This document shows, piece after piece, positions 33,284 to 42,554 of a stretch of 55,413 nucleotides of DNA. Positions within the stretch are counted from its first letter, which is position 1, and each line of letters opens with the position of its first letter. Position numbers and translations under genes: made by a program. This DNA comes from Clostridia bacterium (GTDB taxonomy: Bacteria > Bacillota > Clostridia > HGM11514), in contig JAZNAU010000050.1 in NCBI GenBank assembly GCA_045586685.1, forward strand, positions 1-55,413, written 5' to 3'. The notes under the pieces are model-generated. The model saw only the letters and a program-made list of their open reading frames with translations. It was not told where the DNA came from and ran no database searches.

Positions 33284-33988
33284 TTACTCCAACAAATTTT
33301 TAGGCGGGGAGGAGGAAGTCCGTTTGTAAACCGTTAGAGAATCCCCTTGGGTAATTGCCAAAAACACTTCCTTCGGACTTTTTATACCCTGCTTTCCTAA
33401 TTGATCGTACAGCCACCGTTCATCCCGTCCAATTAATCGAAGATGAAGATCCATTACTTTTCCGTCTAAAATGACGTTGGCGGTCATGCGGGAGGGAGCC
33501 GGTTTTTGACCCATATCATGAGGGGTAAAGGGTGCAAATTGGGATTTTGGCAAAAAGGATAGCTTGCCGTTGGATTCAATCAGAGCATAGTCTAATTGGG
33601 ATAAATCAAAATAACCATTAGAACGACACTCTGATAAAAATTCATTCAAATCCAGTTGAGTCTTTTTAAAATTTTCCACTATCAGTTCTCCCTTTTGCAG
33701 TAAAACCACGGGTGTACCTGAAAGAATTCTTCTGGCGGGAAGAAATTTACAGGTCAAGTGACTGATAAGCAACGCAATTGATGCGTAAACGGCAATTGCA
33801 ACAACCCCGTTTAACCAATGCACATCTTCATTTAATACCATTTCTGCTGCAATGGAGCCGATGCTGATGCCAATGGTGTAGTCAAATAGGGTTAACTGCT
33901 GTGCCTGTTTTCTGCCCATGAGTTTGGTTAGCAAAAAAAGAACAATCAAAGATAAAATTCCGCGGATTACAACTGCTAAAATGCTCAT
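33284..33988 (-). CDS. DUF421 (YetF-like) membrane protein
   Basis: KLMGRKQ..LTLFDY..ISIGSIAA; ALIESNGKLS; ILDGKV. Confidence 0.88.
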   Translation of the reverse strand: MSILAVVIRGILSLIVLFLLTKLMGRKQAQQLTLFDYTIGISIGSIAAEMVLNEDVHWLNGVVAIAVYASIALLISHLTCKFLPARRILSGTPVVLLQKGELIVENFKKTQLDLNEFLSECRSNGYFDLSQLDYALIESNGKLSFLPKSQFAPFTPHDMGQKPAPSRMTANVILDGKVMDLHLRLIGRDERWLYDQLGKQGIKSPKEVFLAITQGDSLTVYKRTSSSPPKNLLE

Positions 33989-34011
33989 AAAAATTCCCCT
34001 TTCTTTTGGGT

Positions 34012-34041
34012 TACTATAACCCAAAAAGGGGAATTTTATCC
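34012..34041 (-). promoter_or_regulatory. sigma-F-like forespore promoter for the DUF421 gene, inside an inverted repeat
   Basis: Minus strand GGATA-15 nt-GGTTATAGTA, close to the sigF consensus GyATA-15-GGnnAnAnTA. Confidence 0.55.
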
Positions 34042-34045
34042 AATA

Positions 34046-36562
34046 TCAATAAAGTGTGTAAAGCATTTGTGCCGCTTCGGCTCTCGTGACAGTATTGTTG
34101 GGACGGAGTGTTCCGTCCTCGTAGCCTGAAATCACCTTAAGTGCCACCATCTGACGAACTGCGTTCAAACCCCATTGGGGGATTTCGTCTGCGTCTTGGG
34201 CACTCAGGATTTCTTTGGGATATCCATCGGTTAAAGTGCGGGCCAGGACAGAACAACATTCCGTTCGTGTAATGGGAGCGGTAGGGTCAAATACCGTTTT
34301 GCCCCCTTCTGCACGACCGCTCATCAAACCTGCTTTGACTGCCGCTTTAATGGATGAAGAAGCCCAGTCTGGAAGGTCATCCTCATCTGACAGTCCCACA
34401 GATGCAGTAACGGGGGACAGATTTTTAAATCTTGCCAGTAATACGGCAAATTCAGCTCGGGTCATGCTTTGAGCTGGTTTATAAAACAAGCCGTTTGATT
34501 CGAAAAATCCGTTGATTAAACCTTGTTTGTACAGATAGTTCACTGCTTTTTTTGCCCAATGTTCCTTCATATCGCCAAACTGATTGGAAAGGGAGGAGGC
34601 ATCTCCCACCTCTAAGGTGGTAAGCATTGCCGCTTCGTTTCCGTTTCCTGTTTTTAAGGTCAGCTTATGAAATGCATCGTCTGAAAGCTCATAAGTAAAG
34701 GAATCCTTATTTTCAGAAAGGGTAATGGAGACCTCTTTTCTGTCTATGGTCAACGAAATCCAATTCAATTCCAGATTTCGGGTAGGTGTCATGGTTCCTG
34801 TTACCGTTTTGTTGTCTTCTGTCAGAGTTAGCTCCATAAAGGGGGTTTCATCCTCAGGTCCTTTTACGGTAACGGGGATGGATACCGTTCGTTCTCCTGC
34901 AGTAACCGTAATGGTGCCCTTTCCTGAAAATTTTCCTGCGGTAAAGGTGCCATTTTGGTCGATGGTACCCAAGTGTTCGGATACAGACCATATAAAGCAA
35001 CTGTCATCTGCAGTCACATCCTGATAATGATGACGTGCCCGTGCAGTGAGAGATGCGGTGCTTTCTGTGTTTACCGAAAGAGAAGTAATGTGATTGCCTG
35101 AAAACTCACCGTATACTTTGATTTCGTCCGGTGTCTGTACCGCACGATAAAACCGACGGTCGGAGGAAATGGCACCCGAATGTACGGTAATATATACATC
35201 CTTTGTTCCAAAGGTGACTTTGTGATTACCGTCAAAGATGGCATCTCCCTCAATTTCATAGGAAACATCAGCAGGTGCCGCTGTGGCATACCCTGCAGAA
35301 TCCGTTGCCTTTACCGTAAAGGTTTGCGAGGCACCTGTCAGATAAATGCCTCCATAAGGGTATAAATGAAGCTTCGCCACATTGCCTTGGGGCTTTTGCT
35401 TATTGATTAAAGCAAAGAAGTTGGAAACAGGACGCAGAGCACCGTCTGACGGAGAATTTAAAATGGCAGATTGAGAATTGCCCGGATAAATGCCGTTTAC
35501 AGAGGTAGAACCGCCTCCGTCCATGTTGATTGCATCCACACAACCTAACTCTAACATCCGTTTTGCAAGGGTGTTAAGACGGACACCATAGCTTCCGGAC
35601 TGTCTTCCGTCAATGGTATAAAAAACCACACTTCCGTCTTTCTTGATGCCTACGGCGGTTCGGGGAGCGGCAGAGTCATCAAGACCGGTCAATTCACCGT
35701 CTTTAATCAACACACCGCCTACAGAGCCGGTGGCGTATTCTGCTGTTTCCCATAATCCTTCTGGACAGTTGACAGCACGATTGGTAATGGTTACCTTTTC
35801 TCCTACTTGCAAAGATTCTAACTGACGATACAGTTCTTCGTCTCCCTCGGCATGAAGGCTGATAACATATTTTCCTTTTGAAATGGGAACAGAGCCGTCA
35901 TGATAATCTACATCTTCTACAATGCCCGTTACCGATTCACCAATAGCAAGCTTTCCTTCTATGGAGCCGATTACCACATCCACGCCCCAGCCGTTGGAAC
36001 GGGTGTCGGCATAATAGTCGTCCGTCATCATATAAATCCGTGATGCAAGACGATATTTATTGATGTTATCAATGGGAATGGTCTGGGTTTCTGTTTGTAA
36101 TTCTGTTTGAATTTCCAGCCAAGACATAAAAGCAGAGCCGTCTTTGCGAAAGGCAATGGCGTCCTGCCCGTCTACGCTTTTGGTCAAAATTTCACCCTCT
36201 GTAATGGTGTGCCCCATGGGAACGCCTGTCTGAAAGGAAAAAAAGTCCGCATTCATTCCCATAATGGGGGTCATGCCACGTGATTCCAGATACGAGGTCA
36301 TTTGAGTCAAGGTTTTTCTACCGTAGACCGTTTCACCCCCCGTAATAATGGGAACAATCGCTTCGTTGGGGGTGTAGGTAAAATAATGCTCGTTCTGATA
36401 GCCTACTCCTGATTGGTTGCTGTAAAACAAATTGCTGTTATAGACTACTCCGTCACCAAACACAAGAGCATCTGTAAATAACTCTTCTCCTAAAATGGAG
36501 GCAAATACTGTGGTGCTAAGTAAAATCAGACAAAAAAGAGTGCAAAAAATTCTTTTTTTCAT
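34046..36562 (-). CDS. Secreted phosphodiester glycosidase (NAGPA-like) protein with C-terminal SLH domains
   Basis: Signal peptide; NADFF; APRTAVG; INMDGGGST; three SLH repeats (TRAEFA, TRTECC, GYEDGTLRPNNTVTRAEAA). Confidence 0.88.
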   Translation of the reverse strand: MKKRIFCTLFCLILLSTTVFASILGEELFTDALVFGDGVVYNSNLFYSNQSGVGYQNEHYFTYTPNEAIVPIITGGETVYGRKTLTQMTSYLESRGMTPIMGMNADFFSFQTGVPMGHTITEGEILTKSVDGQDAIAFRKDGSAFMSWLEIQTELQTETQTIPIDNINKYRLASRIYMMTDDYYADTRSNGWGVDVVIGSIEGKLAIGESVTGIVEDVDYHDGSVPISKGKYVISLHAEGDEELYRQLESLQVGEKVTITNRAVNCPEGLWETAEYATGSVGGVLIKDGELTGLDDSAAPRTAVGIKKDGSVVFYTIDGRQSGSYGVRLNTLAKRMLELGCVDAINMDGGGSTSVNGIYPGNSQSAILNSPSDGALRPVSNFFALINKQKPQGNVAKLHLYPYGGIYLTGASQTFTVKATDSAGYATAAPADVSYEIEGDAIFDGNHKVTFGTKDVYITVHSGAISSDRRFYRAVQTPDEIKVYGEFSGNHITSLSVNTESTASLTARARHHYQDVTADDSCFIWSVSEHLGTIDQNGTFTAGKFSGKGTITVTAGERTVSIPVTVKGPEDETPFMELTLTEDNKTVTGTMTPTRNLELNWISLTIDRKEVSITLSENKDSFTYELSDDAFHKLTLKTGNGNEAAMLTTLEVGDASSLSNQFGDMKEHWAKKAVNYLYKQGLINGFFESNGLFYKPAQSMTRAEFAVLLARFKNLSPVTASVGLSDEDDLPDWASSSIKAAVKAGLMSGRAEGGKTVFDPTAPITRTECCSVLARTLTDGYPKEILSAQDADEIPQWGLNAVRQMVALKVISGYEDGTLRPNNTVTRAEAAQMLYTLY

Positions 36563-37107
36563 TATAACAAATCCTCATTATAAATGGCTCTGCTACCTCC
36601 CGTAAATTTCAAACGGGAACGGGCACAGTGAATCCGTGCTTCTCCAATATTTCGCATGCTGCATCGAACGGGAACGGCAACGGGAGCCATATGCATACCG
36701 ATTAAGGTTTCTCCAATGTCTATTCCTGCTTTGGCTTTGACTTCCTCTACCAATACAGGGGAGGAAAAGGCATGATATGCAGTGGTGGCAAAGGAGCCTC
36801 CTGCCTTTTTCTGCGGAATGGCGTTAACTTGGCAAAGATTATATTTTTCTGCCCCTTCTTGTTCCATTACAAGGGCACGATTTAAATGTTCACAACACTG
36901 TGCCGCCAAATAAATTCCTTTTTCCTGTAAAACGGAATAAATACCCTCAAACACTTCCTTTGCGGCGTCAATATCCGAATTGGTTCCGATTTTATCCCCC
37001 ATAATTTCACTGGAGGAACAGCCTACAACAAAAATTTCCCCTTCTTTGATTTTGGAAATCTCACAAAGCTCACGTGTGATGGCGATTGCCTGTTCTTTTA
37101 TCGTCAT
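36562..37107 (-). CDS. TIGR01440/UPF0340 (YwlG-like) protein
   Basis: VGCSSSE; AQCCEHLNRAL; KAGGS; GIDIGETLIGMH; GGSRAIY. Confidence 0.88.
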   Translation of the reverse strand: MTIKEQAIAITRELCEISKIKEGEIFVVGCSSSEIMGDKIGTNSDIDAAKEVFEGIYSVLQEKGIYLAAQCCEHLNRALVMEQEGAEKYNLCQVNAIPQKKAGGSFATTAYHAFSSPVLVEEVKAKAGIDIGETLIGMHMAPVAVPVRCSMRNIGEARIHCARSRLKFTGGSRAIYNEDLL

Positions 37108-37200
37108 GGTAAACCCCTCTTTTCTTTTTATTTTTATTATAGCATATTTTATTTTAAAATTCAAGTGCCGGCGAATGGGGAATGAATGGAAATTTAAAAT

Positions 37201-37235
37201 AAAAAAGACAAGGTTCCATAGAATCTTGTCTTTTT
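37201..37235 (-). terminator. Terminator after dapB (repeat family B copy 2)
   Basis: AAAAAAGACAAGGTTC-cata-GAATCTTGTCTTTTT. Confidence 0.7.
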
Positions 37236-37298
37236 AAAATAAAAAATCAAAGCAAAGAGAAACAATTACGTTTGAACAGTCCTTTTTATTTTCTATTT

Positions 37299-38048
37299 TT
37301 ATAATGTACGAACTAAATCCTCCATGCTGTACAATCCTGGTTTTTGATTAACCAGAAAGAGTGCCGCACGGATAGAGCCGGTTGCAAACACTTCTTTGGA
37401 TGCGGCAGAATGCTTTAATTCAATGACCTCATCCTTTCCGGCATAGACAACGGTGTGATCTCCTACAATGGTACCGCCTCTAACTGCATGGATTCCAATT
37501 TCAGAAGCATTCCGTTTTTGGCGTCTTGCATGACGGTCATAGGTATAATCATAATGTTTTTGTTCGTTTAGTGCATCTGCAATGGCAAGTGCTGTGCCGC
37601 TGGGAGCATCAATTTTTTGATTATGGTGCCGTTCAATAATTTCAATATCAAAATTTTCCAGTACCGCTTGGGCTTTTTTTGCCAAATCAATTAAAAGATT
37701 GATTCCTAAGGACATATTGGCAGAGAAGAATACGGGAATGGTTTCCGAGGCTGCTTTAATTTCTTGTTTTTGCTCATTGGTCAATCCCGTTGTTGCAATC
37801 ACGGCAGGAATGTTTTGCTGTTTGGCAAATTCTAATACTCCCGTTAAAGCAGAGGGATGGGAAAAATCAATCAGCACATCCCCTTGTTCTTTAAAAAGTT
37901 TAAAGTTTTGATAAACCGGAAAGCTAAAATCCTCTGAGGTTCTGGGATCAAATCCGCAAACCACCTGACAGTCGTCCCGAAGACTTACCTCCCGTGCAAT
38001 CGTGCGGCCCATGTGACCGCAAGCACCATTTAAAATCAGATTTATCAT
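37299..38048 (-). CDS. dapB: 4-hydroxy-tetrahydrodipicolinate reductase
   Basis: GACGHMG; IDFS; ERHHNQKIDAPSGTA; RGGTIVGDH. Confidence 0.96.
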   Translation of the reverse strand: MINLILNGACGHMGRTIAREVSLRDDCQVVCGFDPRTSEDFSFPVYQNFKLFKEQGDVLIDFSHPSALTGVLEFAKQQNIPAVIATTGLTNEQKQEIKAASETIPVFFSANMSLGINLLIDLAKKAQAVLENFDIEIIERHHNQKIDAPSGTALAIADALNEQKHYDYTYDRHARRQKRNASEIGIHAVRGGTIVGDHTVVYAGKDEVIELKHSAASKEVFATGSIRAALFLVNQKPGLYSMEDLVRTL

Positions 38049-38069
38049 CTGTGTATTCCGCCTTTTCGT

Positions 38070-38957
38070 TTATTTCAGTCCTGCATTCTGCAAAGATTTT
38101 TCAAGCAATGAAATATGTTCAGGGCTCATTTCGCACAGAGGCAGTTTCAAAGGTCCAACCTCATAGCCCAAAAGATTCATTGCCGTTTTTACCGGAATGG
38201 GATTCACTTCGCAGAATAAGGTGTTAATTAAATCCAGATAACGGAGCTGTAATGCGGCAGATTCCTTTACCTTTCCGTCAAAATACAGCTGACACATGTC
38301 ATGTATTTCATCCGGAATAATATTTGCTGCAACAGAGATGACACCGATTCCTCCGATGGACAACAAGGGAACTACAATATCATCATTTCCTGAGTAAATA
38401 TCAATTCTGTCACCGCAAAGCTGCATCATTTTTGCAGCAATTCCTAAATCTCCGCTTGCTTCCTTGATTGCTACAATGTTGGGCACATCAGCAAGCACAT
38501 TTAAAGTTTCAGGAGCAATGTTAACACCTGTTCTGGAGGGAACATTGTATAAAATAATAGGAAGATTCACACTATTTGCAATAGCGGTATAATGCTGAAT
38601 TAAGCCCTTCTGTGTTGCCTTGTTATAGTAGGGCGTTACCAACAGTAAACCGTCCACTCCGATTGATTCGGCATATTGGCTAAGTTTGATGGCATAAGCC
38701 GTATCGTTACTGCCTGTACCTGCAATGACGGGGATTCTGCCCTTTGTCTGTTCTACAGAGAATTTCAAGACCTGCTCATGTTCTTCGTTGGAAAGCGTGG
38801 CAGCTTCTCCTGTAGTACCGCAGATAATCAGTGCATCGGTATGATGCTCAATATGATATTCAATCAATTCTGCCAGCTTTTCATAGTTGACGGAGTTATC
38901 TTGTGAAAAAGGTGTAACCAGTGCAACACCGGATCCAGTAAAAATTGTCTGTTTCAT
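38070..38957 (-). CDS. dapA: 4-hydroxy-tetrahydrodipicolinate synthase
   Basis: GTTGE; TPYYNK; LYNVPSRTG; IKEASG; NPIPVK. Confidence 0.97.
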   Translation of the reverse strand: MKQTIFTGSGVALVTPFSQDNSVNYEKLAELIEYHIEHHTDALIICGTTGEAATLSNEEHEQVLKFSVEQTKGRIPVIAGTGSNDTAYAIKLSQYAESIGVDGLLLVTPYYNKATQKGLIQHYTAIANSVNLPIILYNVPSRTGVNIAPETLNVLADVPNIVAIKEASGDLGIAAKMMQLCGDRIDIYSGNDDIVVPLLSIGGIGVISVAANIIPDEIHDMCQLYFDGKVKESAALQLRYLDLINTLFCEVNPIPVKTAMNLLGYEVGPLKLPLCEMSPEHISLLEKSLQNAGLK

Positions 38958-38967
38958 GATAGCCTCC

Positions 38968-39975
38968 TTATGATTCTTGATTTTTATATTCCATCAGACG
39001 CGCTGCAATCTGAACTGCATTGGCAGCAGCGCCCTTTCTGATATTGTCAGCCACAACCCACAGATTCACACCGGATTCGATACTTTCGTCACGGCGGATT
39101 CTGCCTACATAGGTTTCATTAGTACCTGTAGCAGTAATAGGCATGGGATAAATCTGATTTTCTAGATCGTCCTGCACCACAATACCGGGGGCATTTTCCA
39201 ACACTGCTCTCAGTTCGTTTAAGTCAAATTGTTTTTCAAATTCCAAGTTGATAGATTCACTGTGTCCGTTAAAAACAGGAACACGTACAGTGGTTGCGGT
39301 AACACGGATAGAATCATCGTGGAGAATCTTCTGTGTTTCCTTAATCATTTTAATTTCTTCTTTTGTATAACCGTTTTCGGTAAATACGTCAATGTGAGGC
39401 AGACAGTTTCCTGCAATGGGATAAGGGAACTTTTTGGGTGCTTCACCCTTTAAACCGTTTTCAAGATCCGTATATCCTGCCATGCCGGCACCAGATACTG
39501 CCTGATAAGTAGAATAAATGACACGTTTGATTTTATATTTATCGTGCAAGGGTTTTAATGCAACCATTGCCTGAATGGTGGAGCAGTTGGGGTTTGCAAT
39601 AATGCCTTTGTTCCAAAGAATATCCTCTGGATTTACTTCAGGAACCACCAAGGGAACTTCAGGGTCCATTCTCCATGCGCTGGAGTTGTCGATTACAACA
39701 ACGCCATGCTCTGCTGCGATGGGAGCATATTTTTCGCTGGTGGAACCTCCTGCAGAGAAGAGGGCAATGTCGATATCCCCGTTATCAAAAGAATGCTCAT
39801 TGAGCTCCTGTACCACATATTCCTTTCCCATAAATTCAAGTTTTGTTCCTGCTGAGCGGGCAGATGCGAACATGGTGTATTTGGAAATGGGCAGATTGCT
39901 TTCCTGCAATACCTTTAAAAAGGTTCTTCCTACCATTCCTGTTACACCGACTACTGCTACATGATACTGTTTCAT
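38968..39975 (-). CDS. asd: Aspartate-semialdehyde dehydrogenase
   Basis: GVTGMVG; DNSSAWRM; NPNCSTIQ; RVPVFNGHS; DNIRKGAAANAVQI. Confidence 0.97.
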   Translation of the reverse strand: MKQYHVAVVGVTGMVGRTFLKVLQESNLPISKYTMFASARSAGTKLEFMGKEYVVQELNEHSFDNGDIDIALFSAGGSTSEKYAPIAAEHGVVVIDNSSAWRMDPEVPLVVPEVNPEDILWNKGIIANPNCSTIQAMVALKPLHDKYKIKRVIYSTYQAVSGAGMAGYTDLENGLKGEAPKKFPYPIAGNCLPHIDVFTENGYTKEEIKMIKETQKILHDDSIRVTATTVRVPVFNGHSESINLEFEKQFDLNELRAVLENAPGIVVQDDLENQIYPMPITATGTNETYVGRIRRDESIESGVNLWVVADNIRKGAAANAVQIAARLMEYKNQES

Positions 39976-40107
39976 GTTAATGAAGCCTCCAATCAAATTC
40001 CGTATGTATACTTATAATTATTATAATATTATCATTTTTTTGGAAAAATGTCAATGGTTTTTCACAACTATTTTGTAAAATCAAGTTATAGGTTGGTTTA
40101 CCCTTGC

Positions 40108-40136
40108 TTGACAATCCTTTTTTTTTATAGTATAAT
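40108..40136 (+). promoter_or_regulatory. sigma-A promoter for aroF-pheA
   Basis: TTGACA-17 nt-TATAAT; the spacer contains a T9 run. Confidence 0.8.
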
Positions 40137-40177
40137 TATTAAAATACATGAATTTTACAGAAAGAAGTTGGTAGAAG

Positions 40178-41200
40178 ATGATCATTATTATGAAATCCCG
40201 TGCACCGAAGCAAGCTGTGGAAGCTATGATTTCATCTCTGGAAAACCAGGGAATGAAGGTGCAGATTAACACCGGTGTGGAATGTACGGTACTGGGTGTG
40301 TTGGGAAATACGCACGAGTTAAATAAAGCTCAGATTGAAATGAATCCTCAGGTAGAACGGGTTATGGCCGTTCAGGAGCCTTTTAAAAAGGCAAACAGAA
40401 AGTTTCATCCCGAGGATACGGTGATTACCATTGGAGATAAAACCATTGGCGGTGGAAATCTGGCGGTTATTGCAGGTCCTTGTTCAGTGGAAAGCGAAGA
40501 ACAGATTGTGGAAGTTGCAACCCGCGTGAAAGCGGCAGGAGCGGGATTTTTACGTGGCGGCGCATTTAAGCCTCGTTCTTCTCCCTATGCATTTCAAGGC
40601 TTGGGAACAGATGGGTTAGAGTTGTTGGATGAAGCAAGAAACATGACAGGACTTCCTGTTGTTTCCGAATTAACTTCTTTGCGTCATCTGGATCGGTTTG
40701 TGGAAATGGTAGACGTGATTCAGATTGGTGCAAGAAACATGCAGAATTTTGAGTTGCTTCGTCAGGTTGGTAAAACAAGAAAGCCTATTTTATTAAAGCG
40801 GGGTATGTCCAGCACCATCGAAGAACTTCTTCTTTCTGCTGAATACATAATGTCTGAAGGAAATGAGCAGGTGATTCTTTGTGAACGAGGAATCAGAACC
40901 TTTGAAACAGTTACCAGAAATACGCTGGATTTATCTGCAGTACCTATTTTAAAACGATTAAGCCACTTGCCTGTTGTGGTCGACCCCTCTCATGCTACCG
41001 GTCTTGCATGGATGGTGGAGCCTATGTCTATTGCAGCAGCAGCAGTGGGGGCAGATGGTTTGATTGTGGAAGTACACAACAATCCTTCCTGTGCGTTGTG
41101 TGATGGAAAACAATCCATTACACCGGATGAATTTGATGTTTTGATGAAAAAGCTGAAAATTGCCAGCCGAATTCACGAGGAGGCCGAAAATGAGCAATGA
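40178..41200 (+). CDS. aroF: DAHP synthase, type I-beta with N-terminal regulatory domain
   Basis: IAGPCSVES; RGGAFKPR; QIGARNMQNF; LCERGIRTF; DPSHATG. Confidence 0.95.
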   Translation: MIIIMKSRAPKQAVEAMISSLENQGMKVQINTGVECTVLGVLGNTHELNKAQIEMNPQVERVMAVQEPFKKANRKFHPEDTVITIGDKTIGGGNLAVIAGPCSVESEEQIVEVATRVKAAGAGFLRGGAFKPRSSPYAFQGLGTDGLELLDEARNMTGLPVVSELTSLRHLDRFVEMVDVIQIGARNMQNFELLRQVGKTRKPILLKRGMSSTIEELLLSAEYIMSEGNEQVILCERGIRTFETVTRNTLDLSAVPILKRLSHLPVVVDPSHATGLAWMVEPMSIAAAAVGADGLIVEVHNNPSCALCDGKQSITPDEFDVLMKKLKIASRIHEEAENEQ

Positions 41201-42335
41201 ACTGGAAGATCTGAGACGAGAGATTGACCAAATCGACCGTCAACTGATTGCTCTTTTTGAACAGCGTTTTGCAGTAACATCCCGTGTGGGAGAATTAAAA
41301 AGTAAAACTGGGAAACCTGTGTTTGATCCTAAACGGGAAAAGGCAGTTGTGAAGGACAGATTAGCACGTGTGCAAAATTCGGAAAATAAAGCAGCGATAA
41401 ACAGCCTGTTTGAAATGATGATGGCAAACAGCCGTCAAGGACAACGAAAAACCTGTCGTGCAGGAATTGAAAATTTGATGCAGTCCTTGCCTGTATGCAA
41501 TGAGGTCGCATTGTCCGAGGGAGCGGTTGTTGCCTATGGCGGTGTGGAAGGAAGCTTTGGAGAAGAGGCATTGCTTCATTTTTTCGGTGAAAACACAAAT
41601 CGGACAGGATTTCCCTATTTTTCTCAGGTCATTGATGCAGTTCGTTGCGGAGAGGCAGAATACGGTGTTTTGCCCATTGAAAATTCTTCTACGGGTGCTG
41701 TCATAGAAGCCTATGATTTGCTCCGTGACAGTGGGTGTTATATTGTGGGGGAAGTAAAGCTCCCTATTCGTCATTGCCTGCTGGGTCTTCCTGAGGCGGA
41801 TATGCAAACGATTCAAAAAGTATATTCTCATCCTCAGGGTTTAGCACAAAGCAGTCAATTTTTACAGAAGCATTCCAATTATCAGTGTGTGTCCTATTTA
41901 AATACGGCAATGAGTGCGAAATTGGTGCGGGACAGCGATGATTTGTCTTTGGCGGCAATCGGCAGTAAACGGTGTGCCCAGACTTATGGACTGAAGGTAT
42001 TGGCAGAGGGAATCAACAATTCTTTGCATAATCATACTCGATTTGTGATTATTTCAGGAAAGAGTTTATTTTCAGAGCAAGCCAATAAAATCAGTATTTG
42101 CTTTGATTTGGCTCATACAACAGGTTCACTGTACCAGATTTTGACGTTTTTTTCCATTAACAAAATCAATTTATTAAAACTGGAATCCCGTCCTATACCC
42201 GAAAAAAATTGGGAATACAGCTTCTTTATTGATTTTGAAGGAAATTTAAAGGAACAGGCGATTCAGGATACCCTTTGTTCTGTGGTGGACGAAGTCAGCC
42301 GATTCCGCTATTTAGGAAATTACATTTGTGGATAA
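41190..42335 (+). CDS. pheA: Chorismate mutase / prephenate dehydratase
   Basis: LRREIDQID chorismate mutase domain; PIENSSTG; SHPQGL; NHTRF; KLESRP ACT domain. Confidence 0.93.
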   Translation: MSNELEDLRREIDQIDRQLIALFEQRFAVTSRVGELKSKTGKPVFDPKREKAVVKDRLARVQNSENKAAINSLFEMMMANSRQGQRKTCRAGIENLMQSLPVCNEVALSEGAVVAYGGVEGSFGEEALLHFFGENTNRTGFPYFSQVIDAVRCGEAEYGVLPIENSSTGAVIEAYDLLRDSGCYIVGEVKLPIRHCLLGLPEADMQTIQKVYSHPQGLAQSSQFLQKHSNYQCVSYLNTAMSAKLVRDSDDLSLAAIGSKRCAQTYGLKVLAEGINNSLHNHTRFVIISGKSLFSEQANKISICFDLAHTTGSLYQILTFFSINKINLLKLESRPIPEKNWEYSFFIDFEGNLKEQAIQDTLCSVVDEVSRFRYLGNYICG

Positions 42336-42349
42336 CACCTTATTTAATT

Positions 42350-42375
42350 AAATCTCCCGAAAACGGGAGATTTTT
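42350..42375 (+). terminator. Terminator after pheA
   Basis: AAATCTCCCG-aaaa-CGGGAGATTTTT. Confidence 0.85.
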
Positions 42376-42464
42376 GTTGTTTTAAAGGTCTTACTTGTAG
42401 CTTAAGTTTCGTTGCTCTGGGGCATAGGCTTTTGATGATAGTGCAAGTCATAGCAACTTTTTTA

Positions 42465-42521
42465 TGTTATAATAAAACTATAGGGGCAAGAAAGGGATTC
42501 GTTTTTACGGGTTCCTTTTTT
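42465..42521 (+). promoter_or_regulatory. Extended -10 promoter and terminator-like leader hairpin of the phage-like operon
   Basis: TGTTATAAT (42465-42473) with a poor -35 (AAGTCA); then AAGGGATTCGT-tttt-ACGGGTTCCTT followed by T residues. Confidence 0.5.
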
Positions 42522-42554
42522 CGTTCTCTAAATTTATCAGAAAGGAGAGAGGCT

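Noticed and set aside
42432-42554. N-terminal extensions in the ORF track (portal, cwlJ-like, DUF6514, MBOAT, rpoB, AGCS and others)
   Set aside because: The upstream starts lack an RBS and overlap promoters or hairpins, so downstream starts with clear SD sequences were used.
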